NCBI GenBank assembly: GCA_963737265.1
Contig: CAVTRY010000012.1
Span: forward strand, 320,001 to 384,000
Origin: an uncultured delta proteobacterium
GTDB lineage: Bacteria > Myxococcota_A > Polyangia > Fen-1088
DNA: 64,000 bases
Direction: 5' to 3'
The position numbers and the translations under genes were made by a program. The notes beneath the pieces are model-generated. The model searched no databases, was not told the origin of the DNA, and was given only the letters and a program-made list of their open reading frames with translations. Of this stretch, positions 1-9,212 are shown one piece after another. Numbering within the stretch: position 1 is the first letter of the stretch; every line of letters begins with the position of its first letter.

Positions 1-592
1 CGGGTGCGTGACCGGCCGTCGCTCGTGCTTCCATCGGCCGACTCATGCCACCCCATTCGTCCCGGGCATAGTGCAGGTATGCCAGAAATGCTCCGAGGCA
101 TAGGGTGAGGGAGAGAACGTTCTTGCGTTCGGTGATCCAGGCAGCCGATTCGACCATGACTGGATGCAAAGCGAAGAGTGCGCTTGCCAGCCAGGCGCCC
201 GAAACTTGGAGCCGTCGCAACACCCGCCAAAAGAGCAGAGCGGCCGAGGCGTGCAACAAGACGTTCTCCACATGGTAGGGCATCGGCCAGAATTTCCAGA
301 GTTGGTAATCCAGCCACAAGGTCGTGCCCGTTAGAGGATAGTACTGCTGCATGGCGGTGGGATGAACCCAGATTGAACGCAGACCGGAAGTGTCGCGCAA
401 CAAGCCGACAATTTTGATGGTCCACGAGTCATCGTCCCAGACGAAGCCACCACGCAAGGCGGGAAGGTAGGCCAGCAAGACCAGGAGGACAATCGCACCG
501 CCCGCCCAAACCGACATTGGTCGTCTTTGCGGGAACAGGCATACTGGCCCGATGGACAATGTCTTCCCTGCTCTATTTGAAATCGAGGCCAT
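1..592 (-). CDS. TMTC-like GT-C membrane glycosyltransferase (protein O-mannosyltransferase-like), N-terminal part; runs off the window edge
   Basis: Not in the ORF track. Manual translation gives LLAYLPALRGGFVWDD...YYPLT...PYHVENVLLH...LFALHPVMVESAAWITERKNVL, the typical TMTC-type motifs. Start is uncertain (ATG 517, 592 or 628). Confidence 0.75.
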   Translation of the reverse strand, partial: MASISNRAGKTLSIGPVCLFPQRRPMSVWAGGAIVLLVLLAYLPALRGGFVWDDDSWTIKIVGLLRDTSGLRSIWVHPTAMQQYYPLTGTTLWLDYQLWKFWPMPYHVENVLLHASAALLFWRVLRRLQVSGAWLASALFALHPVMVESAAWITERKNVLSLTLCLGAFLAYLHYARDEWGGMSRPMEARATAGHAP

Positions 593-758
593 CACTGGAA
601 TCCCAGCTGAGCATGAGCAGCCGCGCATGCGGCTGGAGCCTAAAGCCGGCGCTCATTCACCGCGCCGGTCCTTTCGCGCCGAGCCCGACGCGACTGCCCG
701 CGGCTGCTGGCGTCGGGCGCTTCTTGGGCCGATCTGAATCGCCTTGGACTGCCCTGCG

Positions 759-2039
759 TTACTGCCCAAATACAGAGACTATGTTGGCCTGCACGGCGTC
801 GTCGGCTGCATCCGACGAATACTCGGCGGTCATGACACCTTCGAAGAAGTTCCCCTTCGCGCTGTTGCTGTTGTCACCACCCGTGCCCAAGCCGATGGCA
901 CCTTCCTTCCTCATGGGAATGAATAGCGAGCTCGGGCGGTGTCCATCGAACGTCCTCCTCAGAGTGCCGGACTGCGCGTTGCCGTCTTTGATGGCCCAGT
1001 GGTTCGAGCCTGCCTTGTCGCCCTTCACCATGCCAGTGACGTAGGTGTAGTTTAGCGGCGTGTTGAGCTCGTAGTCGAGTGTGTCTCCAGCCCAGAGACC
1101 GTTTTCGAGATCCCCCATCACCCACGGTCCACTGCCCCCACCCTTGCCCCAGATGGTGCAATTTCCAAAGTAGACCGCTTCCATCGTGCCCTCGCCGTCG
1201 TCGTGACTGTTGGTCTCCATGTTCCCGTAGTCGAAGCAGCAACCACCGTTGTAGAAGGTGCCGCCAGAGACCATATACTCCGTCTCTTGGTTGTCGCCGG
1301 TTGCGGTTCCCGAGGGCGTGTTGTTCCGATAGCCAACCCCAACCACGACCTGGAGGCCGTAGAGTTTATGGCTACCGAGCGTGATCGGGAGAGCGCTCGC
1401 TTTTGCTTCGTTGTCCTGGGTCGTCTTGGCGCCACCGCCGGCGAGAGTGTGCTTCAGATCGTTGCCTTTTCCAGACTGGTCATAGATGATCGAGACGGTG
1501 CATGGGGAGGTGGCGCTGCAATTCGCGTCCTGGGCGGTCGTGTCGACGTATCCATCCGCGCCGAACCCGATATCCACGGTCGTACCACCCGTACCAGTGT
1601 TCGAGCCCCCAACCCTGACCTGGTAGGCCGCCCCGGCGTACTTGCTGACAAGACGACGGACCATGCTGTGGGCCGCCACGCACGGGCCACCGTCAGCCGC
1701 GTAGATATCACAAGGCGGCTGGGTGGGATCGAAGGTGACCGTGCCCGTCGTGCCGCCACCACCGCCCGTCGTACCACCACCGCCCGTCGTACCACCACCG
1801 CCCGTCACTCCTCCGGAACTCGTCACTCCTCCAGAACCCGTCGCAGCGCCCGTGGCACCGCCCGAGCTTGTCGCCCCACCCGAGCCTCCCGCGGTCCCGC
1901 CGCCACCACCAGAACCCGTCGCGCCACCGGCACCGGAGGTTGTGGGACTTGAGCTGAGCGTGCAGCCCCAGGAACAAATTCCGAAGATCGCGACCACCGA
2001 GAGCCCATTCAAGAATCTTCTTGTTCTCATCGAAAGCAT
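759..2039 (-). CDS. abfB: Alpha-L-arabinofuranosidase B (GH54) with lipoprotein-like signal and Gly/Thr linker
   Basis: PCDIYAADGGPCVAAHS, YDQSGKGNDL, GCCFDYGNMET, GTMEAVYFG, DLENGL and GGDNSN...FFEGVMT are GH54 motifs; GGAGG RBS upstream. Confidence 0.92.
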   Translation of the reverse strand: MLSMRTRRFLNGLSVVAIFGICSWGCTLSSSPTTSGAGGATGSGGGGGTAGGSGGATSSGGATGAATGSGGVTSSGGVTGGGGTTGGGGTTGGGGGTTGTVTFDPTQPPCDIYAADGGPCVAAHSMVRRLVSKYAGAAYQVRVGGSNTGTGGTTVDIGFGADGYVDTTAQDANCSATSPCTVSIIYDQSGKGNDLKHTLAGGGAKTTQDNEAKASALPITLGSHKLYGLQVVVGVGYRNNTPSGTATGDNQETEYMVSGGTFYNGGCCFDYGNMETNSHDDGEGTMEAVYFGNCTIWGKGGGSGPWVMGDLENGLWAGDTLDYELNTPLNYTYVTGMVKGDKAGSNHWAIKDGNAQSGTLRRTFDGHRPSSLFIPMRKEGAIGLGTGGDNSNSAKGNFFEGVMTAEYSSDAADDAVQANIVSVFGQ

Positions 2040-2164
2040 ACCTCCGAGCGTGGGATAGACAGAAGCACCCGGTCTACGGTGCCGACGGAAACGCCCGCAA
2101 GACGGGCCATTTCTTTAGCGGTCGCTCGTCCTGTTTTTGTCGTCCGTGTACGTACACGTCCCAT
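2027..2164 (-). pseudogene. Remnant of a LacI-family regulator (HTH only, 45-aa mini-ORF)
   Basis: Translates as ...RATAKEMARLAGVSVGTVDRVL, matching the LacI HTH. It then loses similarity and stops at a TGA overlapping the second ATG of abfB. Confidence 0.65.
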
Positions 2165-2195
2165 CGCTTGTACCATCTGCCAGGTTTCCCGTCAA
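2145..2195 (-). promoter_or_regulatory. Putative sigma70 promoter with a perfect 14-bp palindromic operator upstream of abfB
   Basis: Minus strand TTGACG-N17-TACAAG; palindrome CGTGTACGTACACG at 2145-2158. Confidence 0.55.
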
Positions 2196-2260
2196 CCAAA
2201 CTTCGCTTGGGCAGGGGAGACCCTCGGTCAGCCCTTTCGCGGTGTTCGCGGTGCCTAGAT

Positions 2261-2298
2261 CCTCGCCTCTCCCCGCGTGGCCGCGGGGAGAGGCGAGG
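2261..2298. repeat. REP-like perfect hairpin (17-bp stem)
   Basis: CCTCGCCTCTCCCCGCG-tggc-CGCGGGGAGAGGCGAGG; a related CCTCTCCCCG element lies at 37606. Confidence 0.7.
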
Positions 2299-2402
2299 TG
2301 GCCGCTACGCGGCCGCCGGGAAGCAAATCCCGGTCTTAGCAGCGGGCTTTTCAACACCTTGAAAGGGCTGGCCTATGGGTCGCCTCGGTGGCAAGCAAGC
2401 GT

Positions 2403-4815
2403 TCACTTCGGAACGATTTGAATGCCATTCAAAGGACCGCGCGGGTAAGTGGCGCCATTATTAACTGCTGTCGCATTCAAATTGAAGGCGCTTACATTTC
2501 CAATAGTGAAGAGGACGTAGTTGCCGGCACTGTTGTTGGCTCGCGTGAACGTTCCACTGAAATCCACGCCTGCATTGTCAAAGCCATTTATGGTTGTTGA
2601 CGCTATACCAGTACCACTGATGGTATAGGCGCCCTCCCGCGTCTCGTTGTTGTCGCCGTCAAAGTAGACATACACGCTGTAGCCGTTGGTGTTTGCGGGC
2701 AGCCCGGATACCGTCACGGTCGTGGTCGTGCTGTTGCTCGAATCCAAATAGTACTTCATCATCCGGTTGTTGCCTGCGTTGTTGGCAATAACTGTGGCGT
2801 GAACGCTCTTGGGATCATTGAAAGTAAGTCTGGCCGCGGTGCCGGCTCCGGTCGAATTGACCAGCGGCTGGCTGGTTGCGCTCAAAGCAGCGAAGTTATT
2901 CCAATTGTTCACGGGAATCACCCCCGCGACTTCAGAAGCGGCCATATTGATTCCAGCACCGCCGGGGCCCGAAAAGTTGATGGAAATCGAATTGGGGTTC
3001 GAGCTCCCACCCGCACCGCCAGCCCCACCGCCAGCCCCGCCCGCACCACCACCAGCACCACCACCAGCCCCACCCGCACCACCTAGCAACCCATAGACGG
3101 AAACCCGGCTGCTGTAGGAGCCGACATAGGTCTTGCCGTTGGCAACCATGGGGTTCGAATCCTTGACGAAGGTGCCGAGGCCGTCCCGGCCGGAGTTCTG
3201 GTTGCTGTCCCACAGCTCTGTCCCGCCGAGGTTATCCGCATTATAGGCGCGCACGATGCCGGGCACCGTTCCGTGGTCGCTGTCGGCGGTTCCCATCGCG
3301 GCCCACACGATACCGTTGCCCCTTCCGTTGGCCGAAATCGACAGGAATCCTCCGGGTTGGCCACCCAGGGCCATCGCATCATCCTACATCGACGCAGGAT
3401 CCATCAGAGTCTCGGCCATTTCTGGAAGGTTTTCCCCTGGGGTCGGTGCGCGCGCCGGTGTGCAGGCAGGTTCGGCAGCGCGCACGGGCGCGGAGACCGG
3501 CATAACTATCGGCATCTCCGCAAGATCACTTACAATTTAGATGCGTTGGCCCTGGTTGGCCACCCGAGGACGCAGAGCTCGTTTGAAAAGGCGACGTGCC
3601 AATCGTCGAACCGTTGAACTTGAATGACTTGATATGATCGCCGTTTCCGCAATCGAAAATCAGCTGCCCATTCGCGGCGCTGTTCCAATAGACCGTCCCG
3701 CTGTGGATTTCCCCGCTCGCGAAGCCGCCAATGTGTTGCACGATCTGGCCGTTGCCCGACTGTTCGTGCCCCAGGTTCCCCTGGTTGAGCACAAAGAGCG
3801 TCGCCTGTTTGCCCCCGCCGATCGCCAAGCTTGTGCCTGGGATTAACATCGCGCCACCCGAACCCAAATCCTCGTCGCCAGCGTTAAGAGAGCTGTAGTT
3901 GTCGGGCGTGAACCAATCCAAAAGACCTAAACTGCTGCTCAACTTCAGAAAGCTTTCGCCGAAATTGCTGCTGCCATCCCAAGTGCCATTGCCGGTGATC
4001 ACGTAGACATTTCCACTCGCATCCACCGCCGGTGCCCGACCTTGCTGCCAGATGCCGCCTTGACTGCCGGTGGGCGTGTCGTTGAAGACCGCCACTCGCG
4101 CCAGACTTGTCGCATTGTAAGCCATTAAGAATCCATGATAGGGCTGAATGTCCTCATGCGACGTCCAAGCTATGATGATATTGTTGCCAGCCTTGGCCAG
4201 GCCCATCCGCTGGTTCTGCATCTTTGCACTGAAACCGGAATCTTGGGGGATGACCGCCGGCCCGCCAAGCTTTTCCGCCCCCGTCCCGATGTCCAGGGCA
4301 TGAAGGGTTTGAGCATAGGTTCCGTTGCTCGTGTTCTTGGTCCGAGCCAGGATGTAAATCGTTCCCCCGCTCTTATCGATGTAGGGAGTGCTTTCGATGC
4401 CGACATTGCCGACGATGTTGAGACCGTTATTGCCGGTAATGTCGGTTATCGGCACCGGCGTAATGCTGCCGCCCACGAAGCTGACGTGCCAAAACTGAGT
4501 GTTGCTGTCGGCATCGAAGGCGTAAACGTCGTCCCCCATCGTGACAATATAGACCACGTTGTGCGTGCCGCCGGCGATGTTCACGCCAGACACATAGAGC
4601 GGCTCGGCATAGGTGGCGCCATTGACCGAATAGCTCCACACTTTGCCGAACTGGCTTTGGTTGACGTTTGAGGGGGTCAGGATGGTTTCACTGGTGTTAG
4701 CGCCGCTGCGATTGTTGTCGTTCATGTGCGTCAGCACATCCACCGCCTTCACTGCGGGTGGCAACAGCAATGTCGCGAACAAAATGGTCCCGAACGTCAA
4801 GATGAGCTTCTTCAT
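2403..4815 (-). pseudogene. Secreted PQQ-like beta-propeller protein with Gly linker and C-terminal beta-rich domain, interrupted by a MITE
   Basis: Signal peptide MKKLILTF..., DVLTHMNDNNRSGANTSETILTP, GGIWQ, DWFTP...DEDLGSGG. Track ORFs 3526..5028 and 2403..3374 join in frame (738 codons) when 199 bp (element plus one TSD) are removed. Confidence 0.8.
3366..3554. mobile_element. 189-bp MITE, ISAs1-family-like
   Basis: TIRs CAGGGCCATCGCATC / CAGGGCCAACGCATC (14/15); 10-bp target duplication GTTGGCCACC at 3356-3365 and 3555-3564. CAGGG ends with a 10-bp DR are characteristic of ISAs1. Confidence 0.85.
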
Positions 4816-5168
4816 CGTCTTCCTCCGAACCCGATTGGGAACAAGCAGCACCCACACCGCCCACCGGCGTCGACGCAGCCTGCCTTGTGCGTGCGAATAT
4901 AATTCGATGTCGGGAGCTTGGAAGGGTGACGAAGTTTCGAAGCGCAAGGGTGCAACGGCGGGGATGCGGCGATGCGACGAGCGCGGCGGCAGAGTGGGAA
5001 TGAGACGTGGCTTCGAGCGGCGAATCATGAAAAGGGCGCGCGGTCAAGAGCTTTACTCCGGAATCAAGCGCGCCGATTATCGCTTATGGGTTCATAATGG
5101 AAGGTGGGCAGGCGTTGCCCGCATGGACCGTTCCGCGATGTGACGTGGTAATAACGCATGGATTGACA

Positions 5169-6446
5169 ATGCATGAGCAGCATGAAGCAAGAAGGTTCGC
5201 CGTTGCCAGAACCGGAATACTCCTCTGGCTGGCAACCGCCACGCTTGGTATTGCTTGCGTGGATCTCACACCGCCATGGAACGGCACCGTGCTTCAAGAG
5301 AACGGAAGCTCAGGCGGCGCGCCGGGCACGGGCGGGAGCCCTGACGGCAAGGTGGACGATATCGGCGCTGCCGGCACTGGAGGTAGCACGGGGACTGGTG
5401 GGGACCAGAGCTCAATCGACGGAGCTGGTGGAGCCATGGGATCTGGTGGTAGCAGAGATATCGATACCGCCGGTACCGTGGATAGCAGCATCGGCACCAG
5501 CGGCACCGGCGGCACCGGCGGCAGCGTGGGCACAGATGGCGCGGTCGGCCCCGGCGGGGGCGTACACACTGGCGGCGCGGTCGGCGCCGGCGGCAGCGTA
5601 CACACTGGCGGCGCGGTCGGCACCGGTGGCAGCGCAGGCACTGGCGGCGCGGTCGGCACCGGTGGCAGCGCACGCACTGGCGGCGCGGTCGGCACGGGCG
5701 GCAACGTGGGCACGGGCGGTGCGGTCGGCACCGGCGGCAACGTGGGCACGGGCGGCAGCGTGAGTATCGATGGGAGCGTGGGCGCGGGCGGCATGGTCGG
5801 AAACGACGGCAGCGTGGATACGGGCGGAGGCATGGACACGGGTGGGCTCGTGGACGGCGCCGGTGGAACGAGTGCGGTAGCCTGCGGAACTACCGCCTCG
5901 ACGATCTCGCAAACCACGACCTTCGCCAACCAAGCCGCCGTCACGGCATACTTTGGCACCGCTGCTGGGATTGGATTTTCGACAACGGGACCGGTAGCAA
6001 ACCCCACCCTCTGCGCAGCCGGCTGCGCAACCTACACCCTGGCATTTGCAGCAGGCAGAACAGCCTGGACAAGCTCTGGCATGACCCACTGGTTTTCTCC
6101 GACAACGAATCTCGTTGGTTCGACGCTCACCCTTTCCATGGCCATCGACAATCCGGGCGGCGTGCTGATCCAATTCCAGTCATTCGCTATTGGCGACGCG
6201 AGCACGAACTGGACCTGGAGCGCGACGGCGTCGCTCGAGGGTACGGGGTTGCCCCCTTACAACGGCGCGAACGGGCTGAAGGATCTAAGTCTGAAAATCG
6301 CCGACCACACCAATTCCGGCCAGGGTACCTTCTGTGCGTCCGCCGCTGCGGGTGTTGGCACCAGCTTGCAAAACACGGACCCCATCACCGCCTCGAATGC
6401 GGGGACCGTGACGGTGTACATCGGTAAAGTCACGATTGGACCCTGA
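5169..6446 (+). CDS. Lipoprotein with GGAVGT-repeat linker and unassigned beta-rich C-terminal domain
   Basis: Hydrophobic signal ending LGIAC; 18-bp tandem repeats at about 5520-5790; aromatic-rich C-terminal domain. Confidence 0.7.
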   Translation: MHEQHEARRFAVARTGILLWLATATLGIACVDLTPPWNGTVLQENGSSGGAPGTGGSPDGKVDDIGAAGTGGSTGTGGDQSSIDGAGGAMGSGGSRDIDTAGTVDSSIGTSGTGGTGGSVGTDGAVGPGGGVHTGGAVGAGGSVHTGGAVGTGGSAGTGGAVGTGGSARTGGAVGTGGNVGTGGAVGTGGNVGTGGSVSIDGSVGAGGMVGNDGSVDTGGGMDTGGLVDGAGGTSAVACGTTASTISQTTTFANQAAVTAYFGTAAGIGFSTTGPVANPTLCAAGCATYTLAFAAGRTAWTSSGMTHWFSPTTNLVGSTLTLSMAIDNPGGVLIQFQSFAIGDASTNWTWSATASLEGTGLPPYNGANGLKDLSLKIADHTNSGQGTFCASAAAGVGTSLQNTDPITASNAGTVTVYIGKVTIGP

Positions 6447-6462
6447 GCCTCGGTGAGATCGA

Positions 6463-7527
6463 TCAATTCGACGGCCCGGCCGGCTCGGGCGCCGCGACCT
6501 TGTTGACCCTGCCGGACGCGAACAGGGGCACCTTCTTCTCGGGCTCGGTGCGGTCGTTGCTGACGATGAGCAGCGTTCCAGCGGCCGAACGAGCCTCGTC
6601 GTCGATGCGATCCTTCACGACCGTGACGTCGATGTGGTAGGCATTGTCGTCCTCGGCGTGTTCGAACCTGGCGGCAAAGGGACCGTCGGTGATGTGGACG
6701 GCGTGAATTTCGAAATTCGGCTGCGAGCTGCGCGCGGTGATGCGCACCGCCCGGTCGCCGGAGATTTTCAGATTGAAGTAGGGATTCGTGGGAGCGAGTT
6801 TCAGTGTGCCGGTCACGATGCAGGCAACAGGAATGGCGACTTCCTTGGGGCGTTCGAGTCCGGTGGCGATGATGATGTTGCCACTATTCGTTCCCACGAG
6901 ATGGCCACGACAGTGGACGCGGTACGACCGAACCCTGTTGGGCTCGGGAGATGACGGAACGACGTCGACGTCCGGAGGCGGAGAAGATTTCAAGCGGATA
7001 TGGGCCTTGTCGAGCAGGGCGCCCACCAGCCGGACCTCCGCGGTTCGCTCTTCGCCGAAGGGCATTTGGAGTTGAACGGACGGCATATCGAACGCCAAGA
7101 GAGGCGTCACGTCCGCGACCAGCCGAAGCGTCACCACGGGCAAATTCGCATCGTTGGAATGGATGTCGATCCCTTCGCGCAGCGAACCGTAGAGATCCGA
7201 CCGACAGGTCACGGCAAGCTCGGCGGCCTTGCCAGGCTCGATCACGTGGGCGTTGAGCGTGCCCGAACAAAAGCGACTGGAATCGACGGGGCCGACCTCC
7301 AGGTTGGCCCCGCCTTCGTTACGAATGACGACGGTTTTGCGAACGATTTCGTCTTGCACCGCCGGGCCCATGTCCAGGGTGAATCGGTCCAACCTTAATT
7401 GGGCCAACTTCAATTGGGCCGCCTCGGGCAAGGCACGCGACTCCGCCGGCCGCGCTCGACACGCGTCCAAGCTGGCGAGGAAGAGTGCCGATAGCGCCAG
7501 GGCAGTCGAAGGCTTCGCCAAAGGCAC
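6463..7527 (-). CDS. DUF1573-like Ig-fold domain lipoprotein
   Basis: IRNEGGANLEV..C...IEPG...IHSND..P pattern. A GTG start just after the stop of the upstream gene is preferred over the 560-aa track ORF. Confidence 0.7.
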   Translation of the reverse strand: MPLAKPSTALALSALFLASLDACRARPAESRALPEAAQLKLAQLRLDRFTLDMGPAVQDEIVRKTVVIRNEGGANLEVGPVDSSRFCSGTLNAHVIEPGKAAELAVTCRSDLYGSLREGIDIHSNDANLPVVTLRLVADVTPLLAFDMPSVQLQMPFGEERTAEVRLVGALLDKAHIRLKSSPPPDVDVVPSSPEPNRVRSYRVHCRGHLVGTNSGNIIIATGLERPKEVAIPVACIVTGTLKLAPTNPYFNLKISGDRAVRITARSSQPNFEIHAVHITDGPFAARFEHAEDDNAYHIDVTVVKDRIDDEARSAAGTLLIVSNDRTEPEKKVPLFASGRVNKVAAPEPAGPSN

Positions 7528-7529
7528 AG

Positions 7530-8909
7530 CTAGGGGCAATAGCGCGGCTGACTCAGTTGACTGCGAATGCCGGCAATCGTGGCTCCCCATCCCGTCGACG
7601 GGTTGTACTGGCTGATGGAGATGACCCCGTCCGCGATGCGCGCGTTGATGTTGGCCGGCACGTTCCAGTTGGGATCTTCGCCGTTCGAGTTGCCGTTGGC
7701 GCCGTAGCCCGAATCGGCCAGGATGGGCTTTCCGGTCACGCCATTCACACCGGCCCAGGTCATGCCGCTGTTGCCGCCGCCGATGTAGCTGCTGTTGCCG
7801 GCATGGTTGCCGCCCGACGTACTGATGAAGGTGAACAGGGTCATGTCGAAGTTGGGATACCAGTCCTTGGCATTGTTCGGGATCCAGGGCGAGATATCCA
7901 TGGAGAAGCGAGCCTGGGGCAACGACGACTTGAGCGCGTTTACCAGCGCGGTCATGTTGGTTCCGGCCTGCGCGGCCGTCCACGGCTGGGTCTGGCTGGA
8001 GCCGATGTATTGATACCAATCCGGCTCCATCTCGAACACGATCGGCCGGCCGCCCAAGCAGCCGGCGAATCCGGTCGAGTTGCTGGTGTAGGCCGCGAGG
8101 ATCGCCGCCCAGTCTTGCGTGATGTACTGTGCCCCGTAGTTGCACAGGTCATTGGCGCGGCCACCCGAGCTGCCGCACGAGGTGACGTTGCAATCGCACA
8201 GACCGTGGTTGCTCTTGACGTAATTGGCGGCGATATAGGTGACGTCGACTGGCAAAAGTCCCGCCAGTGCGCCGCCCGGGGCCGACTCCTTGCACACGTT
8301 GCTCTGACCCCACGTCCCCATCATCCAGCCGGGAGTGAAGAAATCCAATTGCGGGATCATGGCCGGGCTGTTCGAGCCGCGCGTGGCGATGTTGTCGATG
8401 GTTCCGAAGTGGAAACGACATTGGCCGAACAAGGTCCCGGTCGCTGTGGTTCCGCCTGAGCCGCTGGTTCCGCCTGAGCCGCTGGTTCCGCCTGAGCCGC
8501 TGGTTCCACCCGAACTGGTGTTTCCACCCGAACCGGTGTTTCCACCCGAACCGGTGGCCCCGCCCGAGCGGGTAGCTCCGCCCGAGCCGGTGACCCCGCC
8601 CGATGCTCTCGTTCCGCCAGTCGCCGTCGCTCCCCCGGAACTCGTCGCGCCGCCGCTGCTCGCAACCGCCGAACCGCCTCCCGATCCGACGGTGCCAGCG
8701 ACGCCGCCCGAGCTGCTCGCCCCGCCTGAACCGGTCACTGGCGTGGAACTACCGCCCGTTCCTTGCGCCCCGCCCGACGACTGGCCGCCACCGGTCGCGC
8801 TCGCGGTTCCCCCACCTTGTCCACTGCTCGAAGTGGTTGGACTGCTGCCGCACCCTCCCGCGAGAAGGGCGACAAGCGTGACGGCGAAAGCGACGAGCGA
8901 CTTCTTCAT
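7530..8909 (-). CDS. Lipoprotein with Gly/Ser/Thr linker and putative glycoside-hydrolase-like domain of unassigned family
   Basis: MKKSLVAF...LAGGC lipobox; SGGTSG repeats; acidic/aromatic motifs FEMEPDWYQY, FSMDISPW, ILADSGYG. Confidence 0.75.
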   Translation of the reverse strand: MKKSLVAFAVTLVALLAGGCGSSPTTSSSGQGGGTASATGGGQSSGGAQGTGGSSTPVTGSGGASSSGGVAGTVGSGGGSAVASSGGATSSGGATATGGTRASGGVTGSGGATRSGGATGSGGNTGSGGNTSSGGTSGSGGTSGSGGTSGSGGTTATGTLFGQCRFHFGTIDNIATRGSNSPAMIPQLDFFTPGWMMGTWGQSNVCKESAPGGALAGLLPVDVTYIAANYVKSNHGLCDCNVTSCGSSGGRANDLCNYGAQYITQDWAAILAAYTSNSTGFAGCLGGRPIVFEMEPDWYQYIGSSQTQPWTAAQAGTNMTALVNALKSSLPQARFSMDISPWIPNNAKDWYPNFDMTLFTFISTSGGNHAGNSSYIGGGNSGMTWAGVNGVTGKPILADSGYGANGNSNGEDPNWNVPANINARIADGVISISQYNPSTGWGATIAGIRSQLSQPRYCP

Positions 8910-9212
8910 GGTGTGATTCCCTTCGCGTGATGATGGTGGACGCATGTGTATGTGTGTCGGGACACGCCAGAGCTTCAAAAAATCGCCCTGAATAGCGCAA
9001 GGGCCTGGTACTGGTGGGCGCCTAAGACTAGACGCTGTTTCACCCGTCGTCGCGCCATGCGCAAACCGCATCGTCACCGTCTATCTGCGGACGACTGCCG
9101 TCACAGGCGCCGAGACCGGCTTCGCCGACGGTCTTCCCGTGCCCGCGAGCGGCGGCGTCCCTTCGCTCGGCGGCACTCAAGTCGACGCGGCTGCCGCTTC
9201 CGCAATGGCGTT

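Noticed and set aside
7528-8145. 560-aa version of the DUF1573 gene
   Set aside because: The extension overlaps the upstream same-strand gene in another frame; a signal peptide begins near 7527.
8910-9210. Possible riboswitch in the long leader
   Set aside because: No recognisable aptamer consensus by eye; an Rfam scan would be needed.
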